Positions 20,034 through 30,463 of a DNA stretch of 64,000 nt are shown one piece after another; within the stretch, counting starts at the first letter, position 1, and the number at the start of each line of letters is the position of its first letter. Position numbers and translations under genes: made by a program. The notes under the pieces are model-generated. The model saw nothing but the letters and a program-made list of their open reading frames with translations. It was not told where the DNA came from and did not search any database. The stretch lies in assembly GCA_964534275.1 (NCBI GenBank), contig CAZHQG010000010.1, positions 6,744 through 70,743 on the forward strand, in the 5' to 3' direction. The stretch is from an uncultured Candidatus Binatia bacterium (GTDB taxonomy: Bacteria > Desulfobacterota > Binatia > HRBIN30).

Positions 20034-20651
20034 TCAGTACCGCCTCGGAATGAGGCCCCTCACCGCATCCGCAAAGCGCTTTTCGACGACCGCCCAGTTC
20101 ACGTTTCGCCAGAACGCTTGCATGTACTGTGGGCGGCCGGTTGCTCCGTAATCGACCATGTATGCGTGCTCCCACACGTCCATGACCAGCAAGGGCACGA
20201 AACCAGCAACGTTTCCTTCCTCGTGTACCTGGACGAAGTGATTGTTTACCACGCCGGCTTGTGGATCGAAAGCCAAGATAGCCCAACCAATCGAACGAGA
20301 ACCGCCGCAAGCGATAAAGTCGTCACGGAATTGCTCCACGCTACCAAATTGGGCCGCAAGCAACTTCGACAATTCACCACCCGAAGGAAGCTCACCAGCG
20401 TCGGCCTTCAAGTTGCCGAAGTAGTACTCGTGCAACACCATGCCGTTGTATTCGAAGCCAAAGCGGCGTCGACGATCGGCGTACAACGGGGTGTTGCCCT
20501 TGCCTTCCTTGCGCATGGCCTCGAGTTCGCTGCGCAAGGCGTTCACTTGGGCAACATATCCTTCATACAACTTCCAATGCTGAGCGATTTGCTCTTCTGA
20601 AATTCCATGCAAATCACGCGGACGCAAACCGACTTGTACTTCGTACGCCAT
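20034..20651 (-). CDS. Fe/Mn-family superoxide dismutase.
   Basis: HEYYFGNL...DVWEHAYMVDY shows the metal ligands and SOD signature. Length is 205 aa. Confidence 0.85.
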   Translation of the reverse strand: MAYEVQVGLRPRDLHGISEEQIAQHWKLYEGYVAQVNALRSELEAMRKEGKGNTPLYADRRRRFGFEYNGMVLHEYYFGNLKADAGELPSGGELSKLLAAQFGSVEQFRDDFIACGGSRSIGWAILAFDPQAGVVNNHFVQVHEEGNVAGFVPLLVMDVWEHAYMVDYGATGRPQYMQAFWRNVNWAVVEKRFADAVRGLIPRRY

Positions 20652-20854
20652 AACCTCACTCCTTTCTCCCGGGAAAAAGTACCGATGGAACAGCGATTTG
20701 GAAGACGGGCGGAGGCAAATTCTTTTGCCAAGTCGGTTAAGCGGCTTTCATCAACGCACGCCTAGCCAAGCGAGTCACGATGAGCCAAAGGGCAAATTCC
20801 TCGCTGCTGCCACGCGGTCACGACCCGCAACAGCAGCAACGGTTGCCGAAATCC

Positions 20855-21730
20855 TCAAATCTTTGCTTCGAGCAACTGCAGCAGGTATTGGCCATAGGAG
20901 CTATCGGCCATGGATTCGCCGATCGAACGCAACTCTTCCTCCCCGATGTAGCCCATCCGGTAGGCGATTTCTTCAAGGCAGGCTACTTTGAGTCCCTGAC
21001 GCTCCTCGAGCGTTTGAATGAAGTTCGCCGCCTGCAACAGCGCCTCGTGAGTACCGGTATCGAGCCACGCAATCCCGCGGCCGAGCCGCTCCACGCGCAA
21101 TCGACCGGCGCGCAGGTATGCCAGGTTCACGTCCGTGATTTCCAATTCGCCGCGTGCAGAAGGACGCAACCCCTTTGCGATCTCCACGGCGTCGGCATCG
21201 TAAAAGTACAACCCGGTCACTGCGTAATGGCTGCGCGGCTGTGCCGGCTTTTCCTCGATCGAGATGGCGCGACCCGCAGCATCGAACTCTACGACGCCAT
21301 ATCGGGTAGGATCGCGTACCCAATAGGCGAAGACCGTGGCTCCGTCTGTCTCCACAGCAGCGCGCCGCAAAAGGTCGGGCAACCCGTGCCCGTAGAAAAT
21401 GTTGTCTCCCAGAGCCAGGGCAACCGGTGCTCCTGCCAAAAATTCCTCAGCGATGAGCAACGCTTGCGCTATTCCCTCAGGGCGCGGCTGACGCGCGTAC
21501 GCCAAGCGCAAGCCAAAGCGCTCTCCGTTGCCTAGGAGTCGCTCGTACAGCGGCAAATCCTCCGGGGTGGTGATCAGCAGCACCTCCCGCACTCCCGCGA
21601 ACATGAGGGTAGAAAGCGGGTAATACACCAACGGTTTATCGTACACGGGCACAAGCTGTTTGCTGATTGCCCGTGTCACCGGGTACAAGCGCCGACCGCT
21701 ACCGCCCGCTAACACGATCCCTTTGCGCAC
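20855..21730 (-). CDS. rfbA: Glucose-1-phosphate thymidylyltransferase.
   Basis: [53 protein letters not shown] is essentially the RmlA consensus. Confidence 0.9.
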   Translation of the reverse strand: MRKGIVLAGGSGRRLYPVTRAISKQLVPVYDKPLVYYPLSTLMFAGVREVLLITTPEDLPLYERLLGNGERFGLRLAYARQPRPEGIAQALLIAEEFLAGAPVALALGDNIFYGHGLPDLLRRAAVETDGATVFAYWVRDPTRYGVVEFDAAGRAISIEEKPAQPRSHYAVTGLYFYDADAVEIAKGLRPSARGELEITDVNLAYLRAGRLRVERLGRGIAWLDTGTHEALLQAANFIQTLEERQGLKVACLEEIAYRMGYIGEEELRSIGESMADSSYGQYLLQLLEAKI

Positions 21731-21733
21731 ACC

Positions 21734-22834
21734 TCACTCCTGTCGCGGCCGCTGGCGCGAGAACAGTCCCAAACGCTCACGGTTGTACCGACCCGCGAGC
21801 ACGGCAGCACACCAATCGCGATTGGCCGCATACCAGCGGACCGTAGCGCGAAGGCCGGACAAAAAGTCATGCTGCGGGCACCACCCGAGTTCCTGCCGGA
21901 GACGTTCTGCATCGAGCGCGTATCGTCGGTCGTGCCCCGGGCGATCGTCCACGAACCGCTTGAGTTCCAAGTAAGACCCCAACCCGCGCCGGCTCATGGC
22001 TTCGTTGTGCCTCGCGGGAACAAGTTCCTCCACCAACGCGCAAATCGCGTCGACAACTTCCAGATTTGTCTTTTCGTTGCTTGCGCCGATGTTGTACCGC
22101 GCACCCACCACCCCTCGCTCGAGCACCAGGAGCAACGCGGAGCAGTGGTCCTCGACGTACAACCAGTCGCGAACGTTCCCGCCGTCCCCGTAAATCGGCA
22201 ACTCACGAGCATCGAGCGCGTTGAGAACCATGAGCGGAATCAGTTTCTCAGGGTACTGGTAAGGCCCGAAATTGTTGGAACAGTGCGTCAACAGCACAGG
22301 AAGGCCGTACGTTGTGTGGTAGGCGCGGACGAAATGGTCGCCGGCAGCCTTGCTTGCCGCGTAGGGGGAAGTGGGGCGGTAGGGGCTGGTTTCAGTGGCG
22401 CGCTCGCCCGCGGGGATGCTTCCGTAAACTTCGTCGGTCGAGACCTGTAAAAAACGAAACGCTGCACGTCGCGCCGCGGTAAGTCTCTCCCAATAGTTCC
22501 GCACAGCTTCTAGCAGGCGGAACGTTCCCACCGTGTTCGTTTGGAGAAACGGCTCGGGACCATCGATCGAACGATCCACATGCGTTTCTGCAGCAAGGTT
22601 GACCACCCATGCTGGCTGATGGCGTTCGAGAAGGCCGCTGACCAACGCACTATCCGCAATGTCTCCCTGGACGAACGTTACGCGGGGGTCCTCAGGAAGA
22701 TTTTGCCGGTGCCCGGCATAGGTCAGTTTGTCGAGCACGATGACAGGCCAGCCGCGCTGCTGAAGCAAAAATCTAACGAAATTCGAGCCGATGAACCCAG
22801 CGCCACCGCAAACGAGCACCGCGCGATCTGCCAT
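21734..22834 (-). CDS. rfbB: dTDP-glucose 4,6-dehydratase.
   Basis: MADRAVLVCGGAGFIGSNFV... has the GxxGxxG Rossmann motif and RmlB similarity. It lies immediately downstream of rfbA. Start refined within ORF 21734..23017. Confidence 0.85.
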   Translation of the reverse strand: MADRAVLVCGGAGFIGSNFVRFLLQQRGWPVIVLDKLTYAGHRQNLPEDPRVTFVQGDIADSALVSGLLERHQPAWVVNLAAETHVDRSIDGPEPFLQTNTVGTFRLLEAVRNYWERLTAARRAAFRFLQVSTDEVYGSIPAGERATETSPYRPTSPYAASKAAGDHFVRAYHTTYGLPVLLTHCSNNFGPYQYPEKLIPLMVLNALDARELPIYGDGGNVRDWLYVEDHCSALLLVLERGVVGARYNIGASNEKTNLEVVDAICALVEELVPARHNEAMSRRGLGSYLELKRFVDDRPGHDRRYALDAERLRQELGWCPQHDFLSGLRATVRWYAANRDWCAAVLAGRYNRERLGLFSRQRPRQE

Positions 22835-23234
22835 TGGTCCTGAACTTCGATGGTTTCGACGCATAGTGCAAGCAGCGGACGCAGAAAAGCAAGGCCCAAG
22901 TTCCGCTCCGCTCACCCACGGTGAACAACACGCAACAACAGACGGTATTCTTGGCAGGAAGTGGAGAGCAAACTGAGGGACGGGCAAAGTGATCCACGCG
23001 GCCACCCTGCAAGGCATCTGGGTACGGGAGCATAGCTAGCGCCGCGGTTGCTTGCGGTTCGGTTCGGTTTGGTACTGTCCACGTTTTCCGGCCTTGCCCT
23101 CCCTTTTGCCATCAGGGACCAGCACTCGACGAAGCACCCTTCCAGCGAGCATGGGTCGGCCAAGGCAGCTCCGATGACCGGGTTCTCCCGCCATCCACCC
23201 TGCTTCCGAAACTGGTTCTCGCCGATCCCCGTGC

Positions 23235-23740
23235 AGATTCTGGACAGGCAGATTCTGGACACACACGTTTCGCAGCCGAATCAGAGTCTGGACGCACAAA
23301 TTCGATTCTGGACACACATATTTCGCAGCGGCCGACAACAATTTCGCGACACGCACAGGCTCAGGACATGAGCTTTCGATCAGGCGCTGTCCTGGCCTCA
23401 CATTGGTGCTGGGGGTCTTAAACACCTGATCACAGCCCTCGGAAATGTTTTTGGGTCCCGGGGCTACAGCGTTGAACTTCTTGAGCTGCTGCCGACCCGA
23501 GGCCGCTCAGCATCCGCAAAGACTGGAAGCCTGGGATACGGCCGCGAAATGGGCGGACGTCGGGCTCCCCGGTTTCGGTGTGTGACCGCAAATTTGCGTG
23601 TGTCCACAAATTTGCGTCCACGCATTTGCGCTAGTTCGTGGAGGCTACCGGCCCCGCGAATTTCGTGCGTGTCGAACAGTTGATGGGAGAAACCGGGTAT
23701 CTGGAAACTTTTTCTGGAAAGTTTGTGTGTGTCCAGAAAT
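23235..23740. repeat. Cluster of at least seven degenerate copies of a GGACACAC / GTGTGTCC-core motif (for example gattctggacacacacgtttcgcagc, gtgtgtccacaaatttgcg) in a roughly 1-kb non-coding region upstream of the SAM-synthetase gene.
   Basis: Read directly from the sequence: tctggacaggca, tctggacacacacg, tctggacgcacaaa, tctggacacacata (23241-23320), then gtgtgtgaccgcaaatttgcgtgtgtccacaaatttgcgtccacgcatttgcg (23577-23630) and gtttgtgtgtgtccagaaat (23721-23740). The same core recurs at 38.0-38.9 kb. Confidence 0.6.
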
Positions 23741-23864
23741 AAATGGGCAGTCCTGGTTGTCACTCTCGCGCGCGGAGGTGCCACGGATCGATCGTCGGCG
23801 GTCTCCCCTGACGCCGAAACGATCCGCTCGTGCGTATTTTGCTCACACTACTATAAGGGCCGTC

Positions 23865-25061
23865 ATGCGCCTGACGATCGAGGCTCTCCCTGGCAACCCA
23901 GTGCACGAACGCCGAAACGAATACGTCGAGTGCAAAGGCATTGGGCACCCTGACACCATTTGCGATGCGCTCGTGGAAGCGGTCTCCACGGCACTTGCCC
24001 AGATGTACAATCGCGAGCTGGGCGCCATTGCCCACTTCAACGTCGATAAGGCCCTTCTGGCAGCTGGCCAATGCGTGAAAGGCTTCCTCGAGGGCGAATT
24101 GAAACAGCCCATGCGCTTTTTCCTTGGCGACCGCGCGACGTTTGCGGTCGGCGCTCGAGCCTTGCCAGTGCTGGAAACGGTAGAAGAAGCGATCTCTTTG
24201 TGGCTCGGGCGACATTTGCCGAGAGTCCGTCTCGGCCAACAGCTCGTGCTCGAGCCTGTGCTCGCACCGGGCTCAGCGCCTCTACGCAGCATTTATGAAG
24301 CCGCCCAGGCAACCGCCTCCAACGATACCTCCGGCGCGGTGGGGTTCGCGCCTCGCACCCCCACGGAGGAATTAGTGCTCGCGACCACTCGCTACCTCAA
24401 TAGCCGCGATTTCAAGGCGCTATTCCCGGATACCGGGCAAGACGTGAAGGTTTTCGCTGTGCGCACCGACGACAAGGTAGAGCTGACCATTGCGATGCCC
24501 TTTTTTTGCGACGCCATCGATTCCGAAGCGACCTACTTCCGGCGAAAGGACGAGGTACTCCATGCCTTGCATCAACACCTGGCCTCGACCTCCTCGCTCA
24601 CAATTGAGCTCACTCTCAACGCGCTCGACCAAAGAGGGCGCGGGGCGGATGGACTGTACTTGACCCTGACGGGAACCTCAGCGGAGGATGCCGATTCCGG
24701 TCAAGTTGGGCGTGGAAATCGGACCTACGGCTTCATCGCGTTCGCCCGCCCCCTAGGCGGTGAGGCCGCCCCTGGCAAAAACCCCATCGCTCACGTGGGC
24801 AAGATTTACAGTGCCGCCAGCCAATCTTTAGCGGAGGGAATCCACAAGCGATTCCCGCACTTGCTGGAAGTGTACGTGTATCTTGCCGTAAGAATCGGAG
24901 AGCCAATCCTCCGCCCCTGGGTGAGCATTCAAGTCGTGCTGCCCCAAGGCCACACCTTGGATTCCATCGAATCGCAACTGCGCGCCTTCGTATCCGAAGA
25001 ACTCGAGCACCTCCCTGAGTTTTGCCAGCGGCTGGTGCGTGGTGAGGTGCCACTGTACTAG
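23865..25061 (+). CDS. Archaeal-type S-adenosylmethionine synthetase (methionine adenosyltransferase, Mat family).
   Basis: ERRNEYVECKGIGHPDTICDALVEAVSTALAQMY and YLTLTGTSAEDADSGQVGRGNRTYGF...GKNPIAHVGKIY align motif-for-motif with archaeal MAT (xERKGxGHPDSICD; TGTSAExGDDGxVGRGNR; GKNPVNHVGKIY). Length is 398 aa. Confidence 0.8.
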   Translation: MRLTIEALPGNPVHERRNEYVECKGIGHPDTICDALVEAVSTALAQMYNRELGAIAHFNVDKALLAAGQCVKGFLEGELKQPMRFFLGDRATFAVGARALPVLETVEEAISLWLGRHLPRVRLGQQLVLEPVLAPGSAPLRSIYEAAQATASNDTSGAVGFAPRTPTEELVLATTRYLNSRDFKALFPDTGQDVKVFAVRTDDKVELTIAMPFFCDAIDSEATYFRRKDEVLHALHQHLASTSSLTIELTLNALDQRGRGADGLYLTLTGTSAEDADSGQVGRGNRTYGFIAFARPLGGEAAPGKNPIAHVGKIYSAASQSLAEGIHKRFPHLLEVYVYLAVRIGEPILRPWVSIQVVLPQGHTLDSIESQLRAFVSEELEHLPEFCQRLVRGEVPLY

Positions 25062-25120
25062 GTAGCCTATCGGCTTCGGGGCCTCGGATTCTCGAACTGC
25101 GCAGCGGCAGCCGGCCTACT

Positions 25121-25903
25121 TCAAGTCCCGCGTAGTACATCCGGCTGCTTGAAGGCAGTCCATCCACGGTCGCAAGGTAACACCGCACCGGTGAAGCTCC
25201 GCCCCGCTTCGGATGCCAAGAACACCACGACCTCGGCAATTTCCTCCGGGGTCTGCAACCCCAGGGCATGCCCACGTGCAAACGCTTGTTTGAGTTCTTC
25301 GTTCTGCCAGATGACCGCGTTCATCGGCGTGTCCACATAGCCCGGACAAATCGCATTGACGCGGATCCCCAAGGCAGCGCAACCTGGAGCCATGGATTTT
25401 GTCAGCGCGGCGACGCCACCCTTGGAAGCCGCGTACGCATCCAGCCCGCCCAACGGGAGCAAGGCCATCGACGAGGCTGCGTTGATGATCGCTCCCCCGC
25501 CAGCTTTGGCAATCTCAGGGATGGCGTAGTGCGAGCAGTAAAAGGTGCCGGACAGATTGATCCGAATCACTCGGTCCCAAACTTCGGGATCGATGGCCGG
25601 CGTGAAACCGTCCTGAAATGGCAGTGCGATTCCCGCGTTGTTGTAAAGGATGTGGAGGGCTCCAAACGTGGACACGGTCTCGCGCACCAGCCGTTCACAC
25701 TCCTCTGGTTTGGAAACGTCCGTTGCAATGAACCGCGCAACCCCCCGCTGGCGTCGTACCAAACTGGCCGTGCCCTCCCCAGCCATGGAGTCCACATCCG
25801 CAACCACGATTGCGGCACCTTCGCGTGCCAGCGCAAGGCATGCCGCCCGACCAATCCCTGAACCAGCACCGGTAACAATGGCGACCTTTCCTTCAAGCAT
25901 CAT
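25121..25903 (-). CDS. SDR-family oxidoreductase.
   Basis: The TGAGSGIG cofactor motif and YAASKGGV catalytic Tyr/Lys are present. Length is 260 aa. Confidence 0.8.
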   Translation of the reverse strand: MMLEGKVAIVTGAGSGIGRAACLALAREGAAIVVADVDSMAGEGTASLVRRQRGVARFIATDVSKPEECERLVRETVSTFGALHILYNNAGIALPFQDGFTPAIDPEVWDRVIRINLSGTFYCSHYAIPEIAKAGGGAIINAASSMALLPLGGLDAYAASKGGVAALTKSMAPGCAALGIRVNAICPGYVDTPMNAVIWQNEELKQAFARGHALGLQTPEEIAEVVVFLASEAGRSFTGAVLPCDRGWTAFKQPDVLRGT

Positions 25904-25979
25904 GGTTGGGCCTCAGGCGAACTGAGCTCCTTCCACAGGCGCCCTGCTGAGGCAAGCACTCCGCTGCTGCCCAGGTTTC

Positions 25980-26726
25980 CTAGCTCCCCTCGCCAGCAGA
26001 CGCGGATCTACCCCCGATCAATGTGCGAAAACGAAGCGCATCGTCCCACATGCGTTGGTTGTTGAAAAATACCCAAGCCTGCTCGTACTTCTTCGCCCAT
26101 GCCCCAAGCTGCTGTAACTCCTCGTCAAAGTAACGGTACCGGAAGCCGCCCCGACCATGCAGGCGAAAGTAGGCAACCGACTGGTTCGCCGGCTCCGGTG
26201 GGCCAGAAGCAAATGGATCCCCACCGCGAAGCCAGCCTAGGCGGCGACACACGCGGTCGGTGAGTCCCGCGTCCCACGCAGGGCCCCGCGGCTCGAACAC
26301 GATCTGGATGTCGGAACACGATTCCCACTGGGCAAATGCCTCCAGACGGCGCAAATGGTCGGCGCTCGGGACAAATCGTGCCGGCGTCTGCACCAACACA
26401 ATGGGAGCACGGAGTACACGCGCGCAACGCAGCGTTTCTCGCCACGCTGCGCGCACCACCGGATTGTCGCGGAAGTGGCCCACTTCGACCCCATCGGGCA
26501 ACGGTCGACGCAGTCGGCGATAGGTCGGGCTACTGCGCTCGTGGGTCACCACTTGGAAACATTTCAGCGTAAACGCGAACGTCGTTGGAAGCTCTGCTCG
26601 CCAGCGTCGCAGCGTTTCTTCGCGCGGCGGATCGTAAAATGTTTGCTGGATCTCCACCGCGTCGAGCTCCTTCGCGTACTTCTCGCGGGCAACGGCCCAG
26701 CCACAACAGCCAACCCGTATTTGCAT
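25980..26726 (-). CDS. DUF72 (YecE-like) family protein.
   Basis: MQIRVGCCGWAVAREKY...QQTFYDPP matches the DUF72 N-terminal signature. Confidence 0.7.
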   Translation of the reverse strand: MQIRVGCCGWAVAREKYAKELDAVEIQQTFYDPPREETLRRWRAELPTTFAFTLKCFQVVTHERSSPTYRRLRRPLPDGVEVGHFRDNPVVRAAWRETLRCARVLRAPIVLVQTPARFVPSADHLRRLEAFAQWESCSDIQIVFEPRGPAWDAGLTDRVCRRLGWLRGGDPFASGPPEPANQSVAYFRLHGRGGFRYRYFDEELQQLGAWAKKYEQAWVFFNNQRMWDDALRFRTLIGGRSASAGEGS

Positions 26727-26830
26727 GGAGCCAGTTCCTCGCTCACAGGAACACTACGGGGTTCATTGGGAATCGCCTAGCCCACCTCGGGCGATCATCA
26801 CTGGGGGGCAGCGGGCTCAGCCTGAATCGC

Positions 26831-28339
26831 TCACGGAAAGAAACTTTTGGCTGAAACCGGGGTAGCAGCAGCCCCGACCGCAAACTGGCTCAGATAGCGC
26901 TGTTGTACCCAAAGGGTCGCCACCCTATCACGGTACACGGCATGCCAATCAGGCTCGCGTTCGATCGGGTGCACCAGCCCCGCCGGAAGCAAGACTGCCT
27001 GCGTCGGATACCCTTCGAGCAACCGGCGCCACGAACCCTCGGCCCGAAAAAAAGCAAAGTTGTCGGCGACAACCTGCTGCGGATACACGGTGGCAAACCT
27101 GCCGTCGAGTGACGGCCGGACCCGCGGAGCCAAGTGCCACAACACATAGCCTCCCCAATCCAACGGTACAGCCAAATTCCCTTGTGCGCCTCCAGCCTGC
27201 AGGGCGGACACAGCTCCGACGGGATACTCTTCGGTGCGGAAAACCAGCCGGCCGCGCGACTCTAAAAGGTGAGCCCCCGCCAACACCACTTGGACCGTTG
27301 CAACAAGAGCAACTCCGATCGTCAAGAATCGCTGCGCACCGATACTGAAGTGCACTCCACGGTCCTGCAACCACCAGACGAGCCGTTGCCATTGCACAAC
27401 CAATAACGGAGCTGCACACAGGACAAACACTGGGGTGTGGCGCTGGTGTTGCCCCGCGAAGTACAGCACAGCAAGTGCGACAACTGCCCGCCAGCCGTTG
27501 GACCACGTCCAGGGCAGGCACGGTAAGGTTGCTAGCACTGCGCCGGCAAAAAAAAGAAACGGCCCGTGCTCCCAGTCGAACGTTACCGGTTGCCATTCCG
27601 TAATCGGATGGGGGCGGCCAAGCTCGTCAGCCAAATAAAGGTATAGGCCGGGTCCGTACGGGTTCACCCAAGTGGCAGCCAAGCAAAGAACCACCAAGCC
27701 GCACCTTCGTACGAACTCTTCCCGCCCGAGGCCAAGGCCACCCGCAGCGAAGGGCAGGAGCACGGCCACGCCCAAGACGAAACCACCATGAAGGTTGGCC
27801 CAACAGGCAAAGGTTATCGGCAACAACGTCCACACCAGCATGCGACGACCGCCAAGCTCCCAACGAGCCAACGCCCAAAACAGAGCCGGTAACAATAAGT
27901 AAGAAACGAGCTGGGGGCGCACTGCCCAACCCCGCCCAAGCACCGGAATTGCAACCAGCAGGACAAAGCCCAGGACCCAAGGTGAAAGGGACTTTAGTTG
28001 CCGGGTCCTGCAAGCCGGCTGAAGCTCCCACAAAGCCTGGGCACCACGTGCAAGAAATGCCACCGAGCCAGCGACCAAACCGAGCTTGAGCAGGAGCAAC
28101 AGAGAGCTGCCCCCTAAACGGAAGCCCGTAAATGCCAGCACTTGCCAGAGCCACTCGTGGTCTACCCAGGGTGCACCGGCAACGGTGTAGCTCAGTGTGT
28201 CGACACCTGGGATCGCCGCATGTTCGAGGATCCATCGTCCCACGAACAAGTGCATCCACAAGTCGTTATCGGCTTCGGGGACGGCGCCAAAGTACACGGT
28301 CGCCGCGGCGATCACCGCCAACCAAAGGCGCCCGTTCAT
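26831..28339 (-). CDS. Polytopic integral membrane protein, possibly a glycosyltransferase-like (GT39/DUF2029-type) enzyme.
   Basis: Many hydrophobic segments rich in W, G and L, with a C-terminal soluble region. No specific family is recognised. The ORF opens at 28465. Confidence 0.45.
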   Translation of the reverse strand: MNGRLWLAVIAAATVYFGAVPEADNDLWMHLFVGRWILEHAAIPGVDTLSYTVAGAPWVDHEWLWQVLAFTGFRLGGSSLLLLLKLGLVAGSVAFLARGAQALWELQPACRTRQLKSLSPWVLGFVLLVAIPVLGRGWAVRPQLVSYLLLPALFWALARWELGGRRMLVWTLLPITFACWANLHGGFVLGVAVLLPFAAGGLGLGREEFVRRCGLVVLCLAATWVNPYGPGLYLYLADELGRPHPITEWQPVTFDWEHGPFLFFAGAVLATLPCLPWTWSNGWRAVVALAVLYFAGQHQRHTPVFVLCAAPLLVVQWQRLVWWLQDRGVHFSIGAQRFLTIGVALVATVQVVLAGAHLLESRGRLVFRTEEYPVGAVSALQAGGAQGNLAVPLDWGGYVLWHLAPRVRPSLDGRFATVYPQQVVADNFAFFRAEGSWRRLLEGYPTQAVLLPAGLVHPIEREPDWHAVYRDRVATLWVQQRYLSQFAVGAAATPVSAKSFFP

Positions 28340-28344
28340 CCGGC

Positions 28345-29340
28345 TTAGGGGTTCTCCTCGACTGCGCCAAATCGTGCCTGTCCAGGCATCCACAGGTACC
28401 AAAACTGAGGCCCCATCGAAACCGCGCCGACTTCGCCCAAGAACAGCTCCGCAAGCACCGACCAAAGGCTTGCTGGCGAGTAGATATTCTCGGCTTGTTG
28501 CGACGGTCGCTGATACACTACGACGGTTGCTTCCTCGAGATTCGCTAGCTCCCGTGCACGACGAATTGCGTCATCGAGGTAACCGATGCGGTCTACCAGA
28601 CCGAGCGCCCGAGCTTCTTCGGCATACAGCACTCGTCCGTCTCGGATCGTCTGAAGGCTCTCCCCAGTGATGGCCGGTCGCCGCTCTTGCACGAGAGCGA
28701 GGAAACGCTCGTGCATTGCCGTGAGGATACGCTGCAACACGGCCTCGTCTTCCGAGGTCATCGGACGCAGTGGAGAACCGGCGTCTTTGAGCGCTCCGGA
28801 CTTGAGCGTTTGATTTTTCACTCCGAGCTTATCCATGAGACCGCTCATGTTGATGCCCGCCAACACCACGCCAATACTGCCCGTCACCGTGGTCGGACTG
28901 GCAACAATCTCGTCTGCAGCAAGAGCGACATAGTATGCTCCCGAGGTCCCGACATCGAGCAAGTGCGCGACCATGGGACGGCCTGTCTTGGTACGAAACT
29001 CCCGCAATTCGCGGTACAACGTGTCGCTTGCGGTGACCGTACCACCTGGGCTGTTAATCCTAACCACCACAGCCCGCACCCGATCATCCTTCTCCGCCCG
29101 CTTGAGTTCCTCCCGCACGCGGGCCAAGAGGCTTGGCCGCGGCGACCCCAAAAGGCCGGGACGTTCTGCGGACACGATCACGCGAGAAACGTCGATCAGC
29201 AGAACCTTCTGCTTGCCGGATCCTTCAAGCCGTCGTTCCACCAGAGGCTCGGGGCGCGTTCGAAACGGGTTCAAATCCGCCTGAATGAACACACACCCAG
29301 GAATCCACGCTCCGACTGCGCCCACAAGGAATAAGCGCAT
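28345..29340 (-). CDS. sppA: Signal peptide peptidase SppA, 36K type (S49).
   Basis: VRINSPGGTVTASD...TTVTGSIGVV, with the catalytic Ser/Lys region typical of S49. Start refined to MRLFLVGAVGAW. Confidence 0.8.
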   Translation of the reverse strand: MRLFLVGAVGAWIPGCVFIQADLNPFRTRPEPLVERRLEGSGKQKVLLIDVSRVIVSAERPGLLGSPRPSLLARVREELKRAEKDDRVRAVVVRINSPGGTVTASDTLYRELREFRTKTGRPMVAHLLDVGTSGAYYVALAADEIVASPTTVTGSIGVVLAGINMSGLMDKLGVKNQTLKSGALKDAGSPLRPMTSEDEAVLQRILTAMHERFLALVQERRPAITGESLQTIRDGRVLYAEEARALGLVDRIGYLDDAIRRARELANLEEATVVVYQRPSQQAENIYSPASLWSVLAELFLGEVGAVSMGPQFWYLWMPGQARFGAVEENP

Positions 29341-29407
29341 CCACCGCGCGCAACGCTCCAGACGTCTCGATGGGAAGACTCGCCTACGAGTCACTGGATC
29401 CCTCGTT

Positions 29408-30346
29408 TTACGCAAAAGCTGGTAACACACGCTCCGCAAAAAGCCGGGCCGGCTCGCGTGTGTCGCGCCCAAAAAATTCCATGATGAACATCGTACAACC
29501 AAGTTCCACGTGCGCGTGGATTCGGTCGATCAGCCTCTCTGGACTCCCAACTAACGTTAACGGACCCGGCGCCCCCATGTGCCCACCGTAAATTGCCTGC
29601 GCTTTTTGCAGCTTCGCATTGGCGTCTGCCTCGTCGGTACCAATGACCACCAAACACTGCTGTGAGATGGTTAGACTTTCCCAGGGGCGATCGATTTGCG
29701 CACAGTGCTCCCGCAAGCGAGCGACCTTGTGGGCGAGTTCGTTTTGGTTGACCGCCAAGTTGTTCCAAATGTCCGCGTGAGCCGCGACCAAGTGCAACAG
29801 AACGCGTTCTCCTCCACCGCCAATCAGCAGCGGCGGGTGCGGCTGCTGCGCTGGCTTTGGTTCGCAATAAGCAGCGTGGGCAGTGAAGTGGCGCCCCTCG
29901 AAGGTCACCTGGGGCTCGGTCCACAGCCGCTTCATCAACACCGCACCTTCTTCGAGCTGTTCCAACCGTCGTCGAAGCGGAGGGAACGGGTAACCGTAAC
30001 CTTCGAATTCCATTTGGAACCACCCACAGCCTAAACCCACAATGACTCGGCCATCACTGATGTGGTCCAAGGTGGCAGCCATTTTTGCCAACAAAGCGGG
30101 ATTGCGAAATCCCACCGGACTCACCAGCGTTCCCAGGCGCACACGCTGCGTCGCCGCCGCCACCGCCGAAAGCGTTGTCCACGCTTCCAAAATGGGTAGG
30201 TTCGGCATCGGAACACCAAACAGGTGATCGTTCAACCATACCGAATCGAATCCGAGCGCCTCGAACGTCTCAGCTGCGGCTCGGGTTTCCCGCCAAGTTC
30301 GTTTGATTTGTGGTAGAGTCACGCCAAAGTGCAGCTTCGCCACCAT
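29408..30346 (-). CDS. LLM-class flavin/F420-dependent oxidoreductase.
   Basis: GFDSVWLNDHLFG...NPALLAKMAATLDHISDGRVIVGLGCGW is the luciferase-like family signature. Confidence 0.75.
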   Translation of the reverse strand: MVAKLHFGVTLPQIKRTWRETRAAAETFEALGFDSVWLNDHLFGVPMPNLPILEAWTTLSAVAAATQRVRLGTLVSPVGFRNPALLAKMAATLDHISDGRVIVGLGCGWFQMEFEGYGYPFPPLRRRLEQLEEGAVLMKRLWTEPQVTFEGRHFTAHAAYCEPKPAQQPHPPLLIGGGGERVLLHLVAAHADIWNNLAVNQNELAHKVARLREHCAQIDRPWESLTISQQCLVVIGTDEADANAKLQKAQAIYGGHMGAPGPLTLVGSPERLIDRIHAHVELGCTMFIMEFFGRDTREPARLFAERVLPAFA

Positions 30347-30463
30347 CGCCTCCTTCGGCCCCGCGAGTTAGCACAGAAGCCTGTTGCAACGAAACCACAC
30401 TGCACGCGAGGACTGGGCTACGCTGCTTGACGAGCAAGATCGCGAAAGCAAGCCTCCAACGAA

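Noticed and set aside
22773-23425. Small ORFs 22773..23033, 22912..23262, 23036..23425 and 23048..23371 in the rfbB-mat gap
   Set aside because: They are short, mutually overlapping on both strands, cover the repeat cluster, and have no RBS or homology support. The region is treated as non-coding.
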